Shown: positions 31,617-42,500, counted from the first letter of the whole stretch. The stretch: 62,076 nucleotides of DNA, filler included, from an uncultured bacterium (GCA_964449065.1; 12 parts of 12 records of this genome joined end to end with filler, not necessarily neighbours in it), one strand, 5' to 3'. The notes: generated by a model not told the origin, from the letters alone. A program made the numbers and translations.

Positions 31617-31973
31617 CTTTGGGAAATGAAGAATTGTAAGGCTGTAACGCCAGCGATTGGTTTGGTAAAAAGGCATAGATTAAGGAGTTTGAGTGATGTT
31701 CTTGCCGTTTATCAATAAAAGCAAGACAGCAGGAAAATTTGTTCCCCCCTTTGTAATACGCTGTATCTCATGGCGCAAAACTCCTGGACAAGGCAACCAT
31801 GCTTTGCCCTTGTAAACCCTCTTGCTCCAATATGTTAATGCTCATTTTATGACGAGTCGGCAAACCGCCATAAAATGTTGTGCAGGCTTTCAGCCTGCAT
31901 CACAATATATGCCATCGTGTTCTTTTCCTTATACTTTTTGCCGGGGTATCTTTCTTGATGAATAGGCCATCAT

Positions 31974-32360
31974 TTACTTATACCACGTTTCAATCTTTTG
32001 CTCATTGCGGGGCATAAGCGCGTGGATCAAATTAATTTTAAATTTGGTGTCGGTCGAAGTATAAAGGTAGTAGCAAAATCCTCCCATCAACAGCCCGCCG
32101 ATCAGCAAAATCACGAAGAGTTTGGGGATCAAACCGCGTTCGTGGCTTCGCATACGCGCGGCTTGTTCTTTCAGCGGCTCAATGTCGTAGTCTTCTTTCT
32201 TCCCAAAGTGAACGCCCACAAGTTCCGGAGGGATTTTGCCGTTCACGAGCGGGGGAACATACCCTGCCCGAAGCGCTTGCAGCCGCCACAATAGCCAGGG
32301 GTCGCGGTTTGCCAATAAATAGGCTTCTTTTTTGTAAATATATTCCGATTGTCTATCCAC
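31974..32360 (-). CDS. Hypothetical membrane protein
   Basis: One TM helix; GAGGTG upstream of the GTG start. Confidence 0.55.
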   Translation of the reverse strand: MDRQSEYIYKKEAYLLANRDPWLLWRLQALRAGYVPPLVNGKIPPELVGVHFGKKEDYDIEPLKEQAARMRSHERGLIPKLFVILLIGGLLMGGFCYYLYTSTDTKFKINLIHALMPRNEQKIETWYK

Positions 32361-32831
32361 AGTACATCACCTCATTGCAAGATATCGTGCCGGAGCGACA
32401 TCCTTGTCTTCCCCGGCAGCCAAAACCGCCGGCGGGTTACAACATCTTTTTCCTCAACCAATTAGGTCATGGGGTCCATGAAACTTATAAAAGAACACGG
32501 AAATAGACCATTTCAATGCAGGATGCATTCTTCCAGCAACGACAAATCGGTTTATGCGCACTGCCTAAACCATGCACCAGACGGGTGCGTATCCGGCATA
32601 TTCGCGCTCTAGAAGAAAGCGTGGCTCCGTACCGCGCACTTGGTGCTCTAAATACTCTATCTGGCACGGAGCCGGTATTTAGAGCACTTTCCAGAATTAT
32701 CAACGCTCGAAAGAAACGCAATGCATGTACCAACCTTCCAGATATTCGCGAAATGCCGAAATACGCTGGATTTCTGGAATTTTTGTGTACAATCTATTGC
32801 TGAATCCAATTTGAAAAGGAACTTTTTTCCG

Positions 32832-34067
32832 GTGCGCAGCATTTTAGAGAACGAAATTTCCGTATTGCCTTGGGATGCCGACCGGTATCGCGGTACACGC
32901 AGCGATACATTGGGACTCTATATTCATCTACCCTATTGCCGAACGAAGTGTACCTACTGTGCTTTCGTCTCAGCCCCGCCGCAAACCGAAGAAGAGATGG
33001 ACGCGTATACGGACGCGGTCATCGTGCACTTGCAGGCAGGTGCCAAAGAGGCAAACGGCAGAAAGGTGCACAGCGTCTTTTTCGGCGGCGGAACTCCAAG
33101 TTTGTTGGGGGCATCCCGGCTTGTTCGTATTTTGCAATGCATCCACAATGAATACAACTTGTATAAGAAGGCGGAAATAACGCTGGAAGCGAATCCGGAA
33201 AGCGCAACATTGGAATTGTTTGAGCAACTCGTTCCGCTGGGCGTTAACCGGATCAGCATGGGGGCGCAATCATTTAATGAAGCGGAACTGTCTGGAATCG
33301 GGCGGGTGCATACGGTGGAAGACATCCCCCATGCGGTGAACAACGCGAAACAGGCCGGAATCAATAATGTATCGTTGGATTTAATCTATGGACTGCCTCG
33401 GCAATCGCTTGAGGTATGGCAGCACTCACTTAAGCGCGCGTTGGCGTGCGGGCTATCGCATCTTTCCGCCTATGCCTTGAGTTACGAGGAAGGCACGCTG
33501 CTGCATCGGCAAATGCGGGAGGGAACGATAACCATTGTGGACGAAGATACGTATGTGGCTATGTATGAATCCCTGCATGAAACCATGCAGCAAAAAGGCT
33601 TTAAGCACTATGAAATTTCCAATTGGTGCAAACCGGGTCTTGAATGCCGGCACAATCTAATTTATTGGAACCGGGATGAATATCTGGCGTTTGGCGTTTC
33701 CGCGCATGGAATGGTTAACGGCTGGCGTTATAGTATCCATCCCTCACCCAAAGAATATTTAAACTTTTTTCAGTCGGATGAATATCAGCACCAAGAATTC
33801 TTGCAGATGGATATCGTGAAGGAAAAAGAAGAAATCGCGGCCAAGATGTCAGCCGAGGATGTTATGATTTTTGGATTGCGAAAAACGGAAGGGGTAAATT
33901 GTTCTGTCTTTCAAGAGCGGTTTGGATATACTCCGATGGAACGTTGGGAAACGGAAATTCTCAGTTACATCAATTTAGGCTGGCTTGAACATAATGGCGA
34001 TTACCTGCGATTAACCAATCGTGCGTATTTAATCAGCAATGAAGTGATGCAGGGCTTTATAACTTAA
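32832..34067 (+). CDS. hemW: Radical SAM heme chaperone HemW (HemN-like)
   Basis: LYIHLPYCRTKCTYCAF, FFGGGTPS, EANP, HYEISN and HNLIYW motifs; start taken as GTG 32832. Confidence 0.9.
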   Translation: MRSILENEISVLPWDADRYRGTRSDTLGLYIHLPYCRTKCTYCAFVSAPPQTEEEMDAYTDAVIVHLQAGAKEANGRKVHSVFFGGGTPSLLGASRLVRILQCIHNEYNLYKKAEITLEANPESATLELFEQLVPLGVNRISMGAQSFNEAELSGIGRVHTVEDIPHAVNNAKQAGINNVSLDLIYGLPRQSLEVWQHSLKRALACGLSHLSAYALSYEEGTLLHRQMREGTITIVDEDTYVAMYESLHETMQQKGFKHYEISNWCKPGLECRHNLIYWNRDEYLAFGVSAHGMVNGWRYSIHPSPKEYLNFFQSDEYQHQEFLQMDIVKEKEEIAAKMSAEDVMIFGLRKTEGVNCSVFQERFGYTPMERWETEILSYINLGWLEHNGDYLRLTNRAYLISNEVMQGFIT

Positions 34068-34082
34068 AGAATTCCTTGAATA

Positions 34083-34784
34083 GTGTCTTTATACCACAAC
34101 GGAAAAAACGAATTGATGCGAAAATTCTACCGAAAACTTGCCGATTATTTGAAATACCATCATTGGGGGCGAAAGATTGTAAATCATGTCAACCGACATC
34201 CCCGGTTTTATGATAATTTCGAGGCACTATACACCGCTCTCTTGATTGCCCTAATCATCAAAGGTTTTTTCTTTGATGCGTTTAAAATCCCCTCCAGTTC
34301 CATGGAAGATACGCTGGAAATCGGCGACCGGATATTTGTGAATAAGTTCATTTACAATTTCACGGATGTGGAAATTGGGGATATTGTGGTATTTCGGACC
34401 AAAGGCATGACGATTTATGATCCGGAAAAACCGTATTACATCAAACGTGTGGTTGGACTGCCTGGCGACGCGATTGAAATCAAGCGGGGTTATCTTTTCC
34501 GCAATGGCGAAAAAGTGACCGAGCCGGTGTTTTTTTTAGAGAATTACTATTTTCCCTATTTTAAGCGTACGAAATTTAAAGTCCCCGAAGGAGAGTATTT
34601 TATGTTTGGAGACAATAGCGCTTTCAGTTCAGACAGCCGTGCTTGGGGCGGGGTACCACAAGACAATGTCGTTGGACGTGCCGCGATCCGGTTTTGGCCG
34701 CTACACCGGATCGGTCTTCTATACGGCGATCCACCGGAAAATGCCGACGCATTGGACAAAGAGCGTAAAGAAATGGGGTATTAA
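34083..34784 (+). CDS. lepB: Signal peptidase I (copy 1)
   Basis: IPSSSME, YIKRVVGLPGD and GDNS..SSDSR motifs. Confidence 0.93.
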   Translation: MSLYHNGKNELMRKFYRKLADYLKYHHWGRKIVNHVNRHPRFYDNFEALYTALLIALIIKGFFFDAFKIPSSSMEDTLEIGDRIFVNKFIYNFTDVEIGDIVVFRTKGMTIYDPEKPYYIKRVVGLPGDAIEIKRGYLFRNGEKVTEPVFFLENYYFPYFKRTKFKVPEGEYFMFGDNSAFSSDSRAWGGVPQDNVVGRAAIRFWPLHRIGLLYGDPPENADALDKERKEMGY

Positions 34785-34947
34785 AGACAGAGGGTAGAGT
34801 TTAGGGATTTGGAATTTATTTCAATGGGTTGAATAGGTAAACATGGTTTAGGACATTCGGTGGTGGTGAATTTGTTTAATCCAGTTTAAGAATGTTCCAA
34901 GACATGATATCATTTGAGATTGGAATATAAAACAGAGATAGAGAATT

Positions 34948-35646
34948 ATGAGACGATTTTACAGCCGCTTAGCGGAATATATGAAAAACTTTCATTGGGG
35001 GCGCGGAGTGGTGAATCATGTCAACCGCCATCCCCGCTTCTATGAAAATTTTGAAGCGCTTTATACCGCGCTAATTTTGGCGTTGCTGATTAAATCGTTT
35101 CTATTTGAAGCCTACAAAATTCCCTCCAGTTCCATGGAAGACACGCTGCAAATCGGAGACCGTATTTTTGTAAACAAGTTCTGGTACAATTTTGACGACG
35201 TGGATGTCGGGGATATTGTTGTGTTTAAAACCGAAGGAATCTCCATTTACGACCCGGAAAAACCGTATTATATCAAAAGAGTTGTAGGCAAAGCGGGTGA
35301 TGAATTGGAAATCCGCAACGGCTACATCTACCGCAACGGAAAAATACTGGATTCACCGGAATTTTTTGTGGAAAATCAATATTTTCCTTATCACGGTAAG
35401 CGAAAATTTATTGTGCCGGAAGGCGAATTGTTCATGTTTGGAGACAATAGCAGCAACAGTTCTGATAGCCGTGATTGGGGCGGTGTGCCGGAAGACAATG
35501 TGATGGGGCAGGCCTTTTTCCGGTATTGGCCGCCCAGCCAATTCGGCTTCATTGAAGGCATTCCCCCGGAAAATGCCCGCATACTGACCAAGAGCCGGCG
35601 CCAAAACACATCGCGCGGCACGGCAGAAGCCGCGGACCTTCCTTAG
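34948..35646 (+). CDS. lepB: Signal peptidase I (copy 2)
   Basis: IPSSSME, YIKRVVG and GDNSSNSSDSR motifs. Confidence 0.93.
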   Translation: MRRFYSRLAEYMKNFHWGRGVVNHVNRHPRFYENFEALYTALILALLIKSFLFEAYKIPSSSMEDTLQIGDRIFVNKFWYNFDDVDVGDIVVFKTEGISIYDPEKPYYIKRVVGKAGDELEIRNGYIYRNGKILDSPEFFVENQYFPYHGKRKFIVPEGELFMFGDNSSNSSDSRDWGGVPEDNVMGQAFFRYWPPSQFGFIEGIPPENARILTKSRRQNTSRGTAEAADLP

Positions 35647-35660
35647 ATTGGATTCAACTG

Positions 35661-36413
35661 ATGCCCAACCGGGTCTTAACCGTGGATACTGGCAATTCCC
35701 GTATCAATTTCGGATTGTTTGAAGATGATTTCCTCTCCATTTCCGATTATGTTGTTACCGCTCCTGAAAATGTCATCAAACTGATGCCCACTCTTGTAGA
35801 ATGGCAGGGCGGCACCCCATTCGATCAAATCGTGGTGTCTTCGGTTGTCCCCCACATTGGAGATATGCTGGTTTCACATTTGCAGCAAACACTGAAGCAG
35901 CCTGCTTTGGTGGTGAATGATTTTAAAACGCAACTCTTGCCCCTATTGGTCGATCACCCTGAAACGGTTGGAGTAGACCGTGTGGTGAACTCGTTCGGCG
36001 CCTTAAAACTATATGGCGCCCCGGCGATTGTGATCAGTATGGGGACTGCCACAACGTTTGAGGTTGTTTCGCAAAATGGAGAATATTTAGGAGGGTGCAT
36101 TTTGCCAGGGGTTCGTATTTCGATGGAAGCGCTGACAAATCGGACTGCTTTGCTGCCCCCCGGCGTTTGGGAAAAGCCGAAAAACATTATTGCCAAAGAT
36201 ACGCTAGGGCATATGAAAGCGGGGATTTATTATGGCACGGTCAGCCAGATTGAAGGGATGGTGAAACGCTTTAAAGAAGCGCTAGGGGTGGATGCCAAAG
36301 TCATCGCGACCGGAGGCATTAGCAACCTTATCAAAGATGAGGGTGTGTTGGATGTGCATGATCCGTTTTTGACGTTGAAGGGCTTGCTGGAAGTGGCGAA
36401 ATGGAAGCGGTAA
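35661..36413 (+). CDS. coaX: Type III pantothenate kinase
   Basis: VDTGNS, SSVVP, GVDR, GTATT, GGCILPG and IATGG motifs. Confidence 0.92.
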   Translation: MPNRVLTVDTGNSRINFGLFEDDFLSISDYVVTAPENVIKLMPTLVEWQGGTPFDQIVVSSVVPHIGDMLVSHLQQTLKQPALVVNDFKTQLLPLLVDHPETVGVDRVVNSFGALKLYGAPAIVISMGTATTFEVVSQNGEYLGGCILPGVRISMEALTNRTALLPPGVWEKPKNIIAKDTLGHMKAGIYYGTVSQIEGMVKRFKEALGVDAKVIATGGISNLIKDEGVLDVHDPFLTLKGLLEVAKWKR

Positions 36414-36426
36414 AACTGCTGCCTGA

Positions 36427-36485
36427 CTAGCGCGTTTCAGAGTTGAATAACCGGAGAACATCGGCTTCCAGCCGGTACATGGATG
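36427..36485 (-). repeat. MITE-like family B, partial, with REP family R
   Basis: Reverse complement of 21144-21202. Confidence 0.75.
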
Positions 36486-36523
36486 CGCCTTATTCAGGAG
36501 GGCTATGGGCAATGCCATTAATG

Positions 36524-36578
36524 TAACTGATGTTACGCAATCCATGATTGACGATCGCTTGAAAAATGGTTTTTGTTG
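36524..36578 (+). repeat. Repeat family C at contig end
   Basis: Matches 12881-12935. Confidence 0.85.
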
Positions 36579-36678
36579 NNNNNNNNNNNNNNNNNNNNNN
36601 NNNNNNNNNNNNNNNNNNNNNNTTAATTAATTAANNNNNNNNNNNNNNNNNNNNNNNNNNNNNNNNNNNNNNNNNNNN

Positions 36679-37415
36679 CACGCAGCCCAATGCGGGGATT
36701 GAAAAATATCGTGGTTGAAGTATTGCGTGAGGCGGTTGTGTATCTTCATCCAGTTGGGGTGCGTGTGCAGAATCAGGCGGTTGAGGAAGTTGGTGAGTTG
36801 AGAATACTCGATGAACGGCAGTACCGGTTTGGGGAAGAGGGCGGCGACTTCCGCGTAATATTCGTCGATCTCTTGCGGGATGAATAAGCCGTTTTCGTCC
36901 AACTGATGGACGGGTTCGGGGTCGTTCATGACGTACATGAGGATGACGGCATCGGGATTGTATTTGAGGCCTTCCACCTCAAACCAGCGAACTTCTTGAA
37001 CGGTAGTGTAGGAGGGGACGCCGCTGTTGATGACTTGGATATTTTGATTCATTTGTTCGAGTAATTCAGAGAAAGTGTCTTCTTCCGTTACGCCATAGCC
37101 AAATGTAACCGAGTCTCCGAGAACCAAGATTTGCTTTGCGTTTTTCGGTTTTTGGTAGGAATCATTGTCATCGCGTAAGCCGTTTGGGTTGATGGAGACA
37201 GGAGCGCCGTAGACGAAGTCTTCGTAGTTGGGTCTCATACGGAAGCCGATTAATGGATCGGGGTCTGGAACAAACAGTTTCTTGGAACCGGTGAGGGTTC
37301 GGTTGGGTTCGCCGACACCCGCTAAACGGCAAACCAGTTCACCACCCGCTGAAATGATGGTGAAGGTAAGTGCGATGAGAATGCACCAAAAGGCGAACCG
37401 TACTTGAAATTTCAC
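36679..37415 (-). CDS. SGNH/GDSL hydrolase, 3' truncated
   Basis: TM anchor; INPNGLRD, LGDSVTFG, INSGV and ND blocks. Confidence 0.8.
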
Positions 37416-37421
37416 GATGGA

Positions 37422-38705
37422 TTATTCTTCCGCGAATTGATAGACCACCCGGCCGCCCAGGAAGGTTTGTTCGACCCTGCCTTTGACTTCCATACCGTGG
37501 AAAGGGGTATTGTGGGCATTTGAGAGAAAGTTGGTTTTATCGATTTTGTATAGGGGTTTGGGGTTCCACAATGTAAGATCGGCCGGTTCTCCCACTGACA
37601 ACTCGCCCGCCGGTATGTTTACAATCCGCGCGGGTTTGTTGGTGATGAGGGAAAGGATATCGAGTTCGGACATGCCGGAGCGCTGGAGGATAGGCCCCAA
37701 GGTGAGAGGCAAGAGGGTTTCCAGGCCGCTGATGCCGTGGGGGGCATCCATAAAGTTGTACTTCTTATCGGAGGTAGCGCAGGGGCAATGGCTGGAGGCA
37801 ATGCAATCGATGGCGCCGTCTTTTAAGCCTTCAAATAAGGCGTCTTGATCTTCTTTGGTGCGTAACGGTGGATTGACTTTTGCCAGGGAGTTGAAGTTTT
37901 CGGTCGCGTCTTCTGTCAAAAGCAGGTGGTGGGGGGTGACTCCGGCGGTTACGTTTACGCCTTTGGCTTTGTAAAAGCGGATGATATCGACGGAACCCGC
38001 GGTGCTGACTTGGTTGATGTGCAGGTGCGCGCCGGCTTTTTGGGCGAGGATGATATTGCGGCTTACCTGGATCATTTCCGCCTCGGCGGGGCTGCCGAGG
38101 ATGCCCAAACGGACCGACATTCTTCCGTCATTGATCTGGCTGTGGTTGCTGAGGGTTTTGTCTTCACAATGGGTCATGACAGGAACGTGAAAGATGGTGG
38201 AATACGACAATGCCCGCAGCATGAGTTGGGCATCGGGAACGCTGTATTCTCCGTCGGTGACCGCGACGGCACCGGCTGAGATCATTTCCCCCATTGGATT
38301 CAAATCATCTCCCGCGGCGCCGTTGGAGAGGCAGCCGGTCGGATAGACACGCGCTTTGCCGGAGAGGGCGGCCCGGTCGTTGATAAATTCAACTTCGGTA
38401 CGGTTATCCACTGTTGGATTGGTTGTCGGCATACAAACGATGGAGGTGATTCCCCCCGCAGCGGCTGCCGATAAGCCGGATTCAAACGACTCAATACTCT
38501 CTCCACCGGGTTCGCGAATCAGAACCTGAATATCGACGGCGCCGGGCAGCAGCCATTTTCCGCCGGCATCGATGGTTTCGGCATCCTTATCTTGAAGGGA
38601 AGGTGCGATTTGTTTGATGAATTCACCTTCAATCAAGACATCGGCGATGCGGTCGATTTGACCGGCGGGATTGAGGACACGGGCGTGTTTGATCAGTGTT
38701 TTCAT
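37422..38705 (-). CDS. pyrC: Dihydroorotase-like protein, probably catalytically inactive PyrC'
   Basis: Type I DHOase fold (REPG, HCED, PHH, KVNPPLR), but the HxH motif reads DIQVL and the catalytic Asp motif reads ASSHCP. Confidence 0.85.
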   Translation of the reverse strand: MKTLIKHARVLNPAGQIDRIADVLIEGEFIKQIAPSLQDKDAETIDAGGKWLLPGAVDIQVLIREPGGESIESFESGLSAAAAGGITSIVCMPTTNPTVDNRTEVEFINDRAALSGKARVYPTGCLSNGAAGDDLNPMGEMISAGAVAVTDGEYSVPDAQLMLRALSYSTIFHVPVMTHCEDKTLSNHSQINDGRMSVRLGILGSPAEAEMIQVSRNIILAQKAGAHLHINQVSTAGSVDIIRFYKAKGVNVTAGVTPHHLLLTEDATENFNSLAKVNPPLRTKEDQDALFEGLKDGAIDCIASSHCPCATSDKKYNFMDAPHGISGLETLLPLTLGPILQRSGMSELDILSLITNKPARIVNIPAGELSVGEPADLTLWNPKPLYKIDKTNFLSNAHNTPFHGMEVKGRVEQTFLGGRVVYQFAEE

Positions 38706-38711
38706 ATTCGT

Positions 38712-39686
38712 TTAAAATAAGGTTTGATTGGGTTCGGGTTTGGGTTGTTCGGATTTCAGTTTTTCCCCGCTTACTAAAAGATAAAAGAGTGCCATACGCA
38801 CCGCGATGCCGTTGGTGACTTGTTCTAAGATCACGGAAGACGGGCTGTCGGCGACTTCGGAGGTGATTTCCACCTCGCGGTTCATGGGGCCGGGATGCAT
38901 GATCAGCGCCCCGGGTTTGCATGTTTCCAGCCGCTTCATGTTCATTCCATACAGGCGGGTGTATTCACCCAAACTGGGAAAGAAGTTTCCGTCCATCCGT
39001 TCTTTTTGAATGCGAAGGATATTGATGACGTCTGCTCCATCGATTGCTTGATCCAAATTGTGGAAGACCTTTACGCCAAGATCGGCTTCGACACCTTGGG
39101 GGATGAGCGTGGGGGGAGCGCATAGGCGGATGTTAGCGCCCATGGTTAACAGCCCCCAGATATTGGAATGAGCGACTCTGCCATGGAGAATATCGCCGAC
39201 CAGGGTGACGGTGAGGCCTTCGATTCTGCCTTTGTGTTCACGGATGGTGAACATATCCAACAGCCCTTGTGTGGGATGTTCGTTGGTGCCGTCTCCCGCG
39301 TTGAGAACGGGCAACTCAATGCATTTAGCCAGGGTATGCGCCATACCGGAATTGCGGTGGCGGAGCACGACGATATCGACGCCCATCACACGCAGGGTGT
39401 TGGCGGTGTCTTCCACGCTTTCGCCTTTGACGGCGCTGCTGTAGTTGGTCATGAGATTGATGACATCGGCGCTGAGGCGTTTGGCTGCCAGTTCAAAAGA
39501 GGTACAGGTACGGGTGCTGGGTTCAAAAAACAGGTTGGCAACAATTTTACCGCGCAAGGTGGGAACTTTTTTCACGGAACGGGTTTGAATTTCTTTCATG
39601 GAGCGGGCTGTATCCAGCACCAACTCAATTTCTTCACGCGGCACGCCGCGAAGCCCCAAAATATCTTTGGAACTCCATTTGGTCAT
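38712..39686 (-). CDS. pyrB: Aspartate carbamoyltransferase catalytic subunit
   Basis: FFEPSTRT, HPTQ, RIQKER and MHPGP motifs. Confidence 0.96.
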   Translation of the reverse strand: MTKWSSKDILGLRGVPREEIELVLDTARSMKEIQTRSVKKVPTLRGKIVANLFFEPSTRTCTSFELAAKRLSADVINLMTNYSSAVKGESVEDTANTLRVMGVDIVVLRHRNSGMAHTLAKCIELPVLNAGDGTNEHPTQGLLDMFTIREHKGRIEGLTVTLVGDILHGRVAHSNIWGLLTMGANIRLCAPPTLIPQGVEADLGVKVFHNLDQAIDGADVINILRIQKERMDGNFFPSLGEYTRLYGMNMKRLETCKPGALIMHPGPMNREVEITSEVADSPSSVILEQVTNGIAVRMALFYLLVSGEKLKSEQPKPEPNQTLF

Positions 39687-39722
39687 GGTTTGATTTCCTT
39701 ACTTCGATTCGCTGTGTCCATC

Positions 39723-40265
39723 TTACACCGATTCAACATACACTCCATCTTCCGAGTCGGTTTCCCGCAAAAAAACCTTGACGGTTTCGTTGGGTTCGGT
39801 TTTGATTTCGCTTCCCGTGTAGTTCGCTTGAATCGGCAATTCACGGTGACCGCGGTCTACCAAGACCATGAGTTCCACCCGGTTGGGTCTGCCAATATCC
39901 ATTAAAGCGTTCAGGGCTGCACGGACCGTTCTTCCGGTAAAGAGTACATCATCCACCAAGATGATATTACGGTCTTCTAAGGCAAAGTCAATTTCCGTGT
40001 CGCGTAAAACCGGAGCAATGTTATTCATTCCTATATCGTCACGGTATAACCCGATATCCAAAGTGCCGGATGGGATGGGGGTTCCGGAAATCGTTTCGAG
40101 TTCTTTGACGAGCCGCTGCGCCAAGGGTACACCGCGGGAATGGATGCCGACAACCGCCAAATTGGTATGGGCATTGTTTTCCCAAATTTGATAGGCCATG
40201 CGATCCAGGCGTCGGGCGATATCACCGCGGTCCATGACCAAACGGCGTGTGAGTTGCTGATTCAT
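39723..40265 (-). CDS. pyrR: Bifunctional pyr regulator/uracil phosphoribosyltransferase
   Basis: LDIGLYRDD, LVDDVLFTGRT and DRGHRELPI motifs. Confidence 0.95.
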   Translation of the reverse strand: MNQQLTRRLVMDRGDIARRLDRMAYQIWENNAHTNLAVVGIHSRGVPLAQRLVKELETISGTPIPSGTLDIGLYRDDIGMNNIAPVLRDTEIDFALEDRNIILVDDVLFTGRTVRAALNALMDIGRPNRVELMVLVDRGHRELPIQANYTGSEIKTEPNETVKVFLRETDSEDGVYVESV

Positions 40266-41215
40266 ATCATTCCATCCAATGCTGTCTGAAACGGTATAGG
40301 GAGCGGCGCTTCGATTGCCATATTCCGCCCGCTAACCGGGTGAATGAACGCAAGGGATTTCGCGTGCAATCCAAAGCCGGGATAATGTTCGAAGATACGC
40401 TCCAACTGTCCGCGGTGCAATTGCTTTTTTCTTCCATATAAGGGGTCTCCCACCACGGGGAAACCGATGTGTTTGAGATGAACCCGAATTTGGTGGGTTC
40501 TGCCGGTAATAGGATAGAGTTCTAAAAGCGAACCGCCTAGCCCTTGTTTCAGAAGTCGATAGCGGGTGCGGGCTGGCTTGCCTTGGGTGTGGACGGCCAT
40601 CATTTTTCGCTTGATTTGATGACGTGTAATGGGTTGGTTGATTTCGCCTTCGTTGTGGGGTAACGCTCCGTGAACCAACGCCCAATAAATTTTATGGATT
40701 TGTTTTTCTTTGAATAGAGCGGCAAGTTTTTCATGCGTGTTATCGTTTTTGGCGATGAGTAAGACGCCGCTGGTGCCTTGGTCCAGACGATGCACAATTC
40801 CCGGACGCAGTGCATGTGATCCTGTGGATAACGAGGAAAAGTGATGAAGGAGTGCGTTTACCAGTGTGTCAGTCATGCGGCTGCCTGCCGGGTGAACGGG
40901 AATGCCGGCTTGTTTGTTAATACATGCTAGATCATCATCTTCATAGAGAATTTCCAACGGCAGGTTTTGCGGCTGTAGTTCGGTTTCATTTTCATCCCAT
41001 GATGGAACGGAGATGGTATCGCCGGGCATGACTTTGAGGCGGGGTTGATCGACCGGATTGGAATTGATTAATATTTTTTTTTCGGCGATCCATTTTTGCA
41101 CTTGGCTGCGGGAAATGTGTTTGAATTGGATTGATAAATATTTGTCGATCCGTAAAGGATTTTGCGTATGACTCACTCTAATAATTTTGGTGTTAGGGTC
41201 GAGATGGATAGCCAT
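40262..41215 (-). CDS. rluD: RluA/RluD pseudouridine synthase with S4 domain
   Basis: RIDKYL, RPGIVHRLDQGTSG and TGRTHQIRVH motifs. Confidence 0.88.
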   Translation of the reverse strand: MAIHLDPNTKIIRVSHTQNPLRIDKYLSIQFKHISRSQVQKWIAEKKILINSNPVDQPRLKVMPGDTISVPSWDENETELQPQNLPLEILYEDDDLACINKQAGIPVHPAGSRMTDTLVNALLHHFSSLSTGSHALRPGIVHRLDQGTSGVLLIAKNDNTHEKLAALFKEKQIHKIYWALVHGALPHNEGEINQPITRHQIKRKMMAVHTQGKPARTRYRLLKQGLGGSLLELYPITGRTHQIRVHLKHIGFPVVGDPLYGRKKQLHRGQLERIFEHYPGFGLHAKSLAFIHPVSGRNMAIEAPLPIPFQTALDGMI

Positions 41216-41319
41216 TGCGGTATGCTTGTTGTCCTAATAGATTATCTTATTTTATGCTATTCTAGCCTACAAGTTGGCTGATCCAATAGAACAATTTGAA
41301 TTCAGGGATGGAGGATACT

Positions 41320-41729
41320 ATGGCAAAGCGTGCCAATAATGTAAATGAACTCATAGGCGATACACCAATCGTACGGTTTAACCGTGTTCCAGAACCGGGA
41401 AGCGCCGCCGTCTGGGGGAAAATAGAGGCATTTAACCCTGCCGGCTGCGTAAAAGAGCGGATTGGGCTTTCGATGATTGAAGAAGCCGAAAAAGATGGAA
41501 CGTTAAAGCCTGGTGGAGTGATAATTGAGCCCACCAGCGGCAACACCGGTATTGGCTTGGCGATGGTCGCAGCCGTAAAGGGATACCGCTGCATTTTAAC
41601 CATGCCGGAAACCATGAGTTTGGAACGCCGGAAAATCTTGCAGGCATTCGGCGCGGAAATTGTATTAACCGAAGGCGCTAAGGGAATGAAAGGCGCTATT
41701 GCGAAAGCGGAAGAGTTGAACCAATCGAT
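41320..41729 (+). CDS. cysK: Cysteine synthase A, 3' truncated
   Basis: [21 protein letters not shown] and MPETMSLER motifs; SD GGAGG. Confidence 0.9.
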
Positions 41730-41829
41730 NNNNNNNNNNNNNNNNNNNNNNNNNNNNNNNNNNNNNNNNNNNNTTAATTAATTAANNNNNNNNNNNNNNN
41801 NNNNNNNNNNNNNNNNNNNNNNNNNNNNN

Positions 41830-42433
41830 GCCCGTGGATAATTACGATGTTGTGTCCCAACTGATTGATTACGGGATCACACCGGATACCGAAGTGGAAT
41901 TTTCCATGGACAATGAGTTGATGATGCTCAATATCCCGGATGAAAAGAGCCGTTTCCAGTTGCCCGGTCGGGATGTGTTTCACCCCGGCTTTTCGATAGC
42001 CAACTCGGAAGTGGGGATGAGTTCTCTTCAGGTGTCCGTGTATGTGATGCGCATAATCTGTACGAACGGGTTAATCAGCAGTGTTTCTGAAGGATCGCAT
42101 TACCGCCATGTTTCCAGCCGGATTCTGACTGAATTCCCTCAAATCCTGAACCGGACCTCAAGGGAATTGAGCTGGCAAAAGAAACAGTGGGAAATCTCTC
42201 AGGAAAGTGTTGTGGACAATCCCGAATCCACCATCCGCACTTTTAACAACCAATTCCAACTGTCGGAACAGGAACGGGAAGCATCATTCTGGGGCTATAA
42301 CCAAGAGCCTGGCAACCGTATGTTTCACATCATCAACGGTTTCACCAAGGGCAGCCAGAGGAATGGCCTCTCAACGGAATCGTCGTTTACTCTTCAGAAA
42401 GTTGGGGGGAATATTTTGAGTATGTTGAATTAA
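41830..42433 (+). CDS. DUF932-family phage/plasmid protein, 5' truncated
   Basis: NSEVG...RIICTNG motif. Confidence 0.7.
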
Positions 42434-42460
42434 GGTGTGGTTGTGTTGTGATGAGATGAT

Positions 42461-42482
42461 AAAGCCCGGAGGGGCTTTTTTT
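42461..42482 (+). terminator. Putative intrinsic terminator
   Basis: aaagccc-ggag-gggcttt followed by a T-run, downstream of DUF932. Confidence 0.6.
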
Positions 42483-42500
42483 GGATTTAATATATTTTTC

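Noticed and set aside
32385..32460. Hairpin upstream of the 31974 ORF as a riboswitch
   Set aside because: Does not match any riboswitch consensus I recognise; single stem only
32516..32803. 95-aa ORF upstream of hemW and the 5' extension of hemW to 32721
   Set aside because: No SD or recognisable motif; the two overlap and are probably spurious
39168..39905. Long antisense ORFs over pyrB/pyrR (likewise over uvrA, maf and the S46 gene)
   Set aside because: Shadow ORFs opposite well-supported genes
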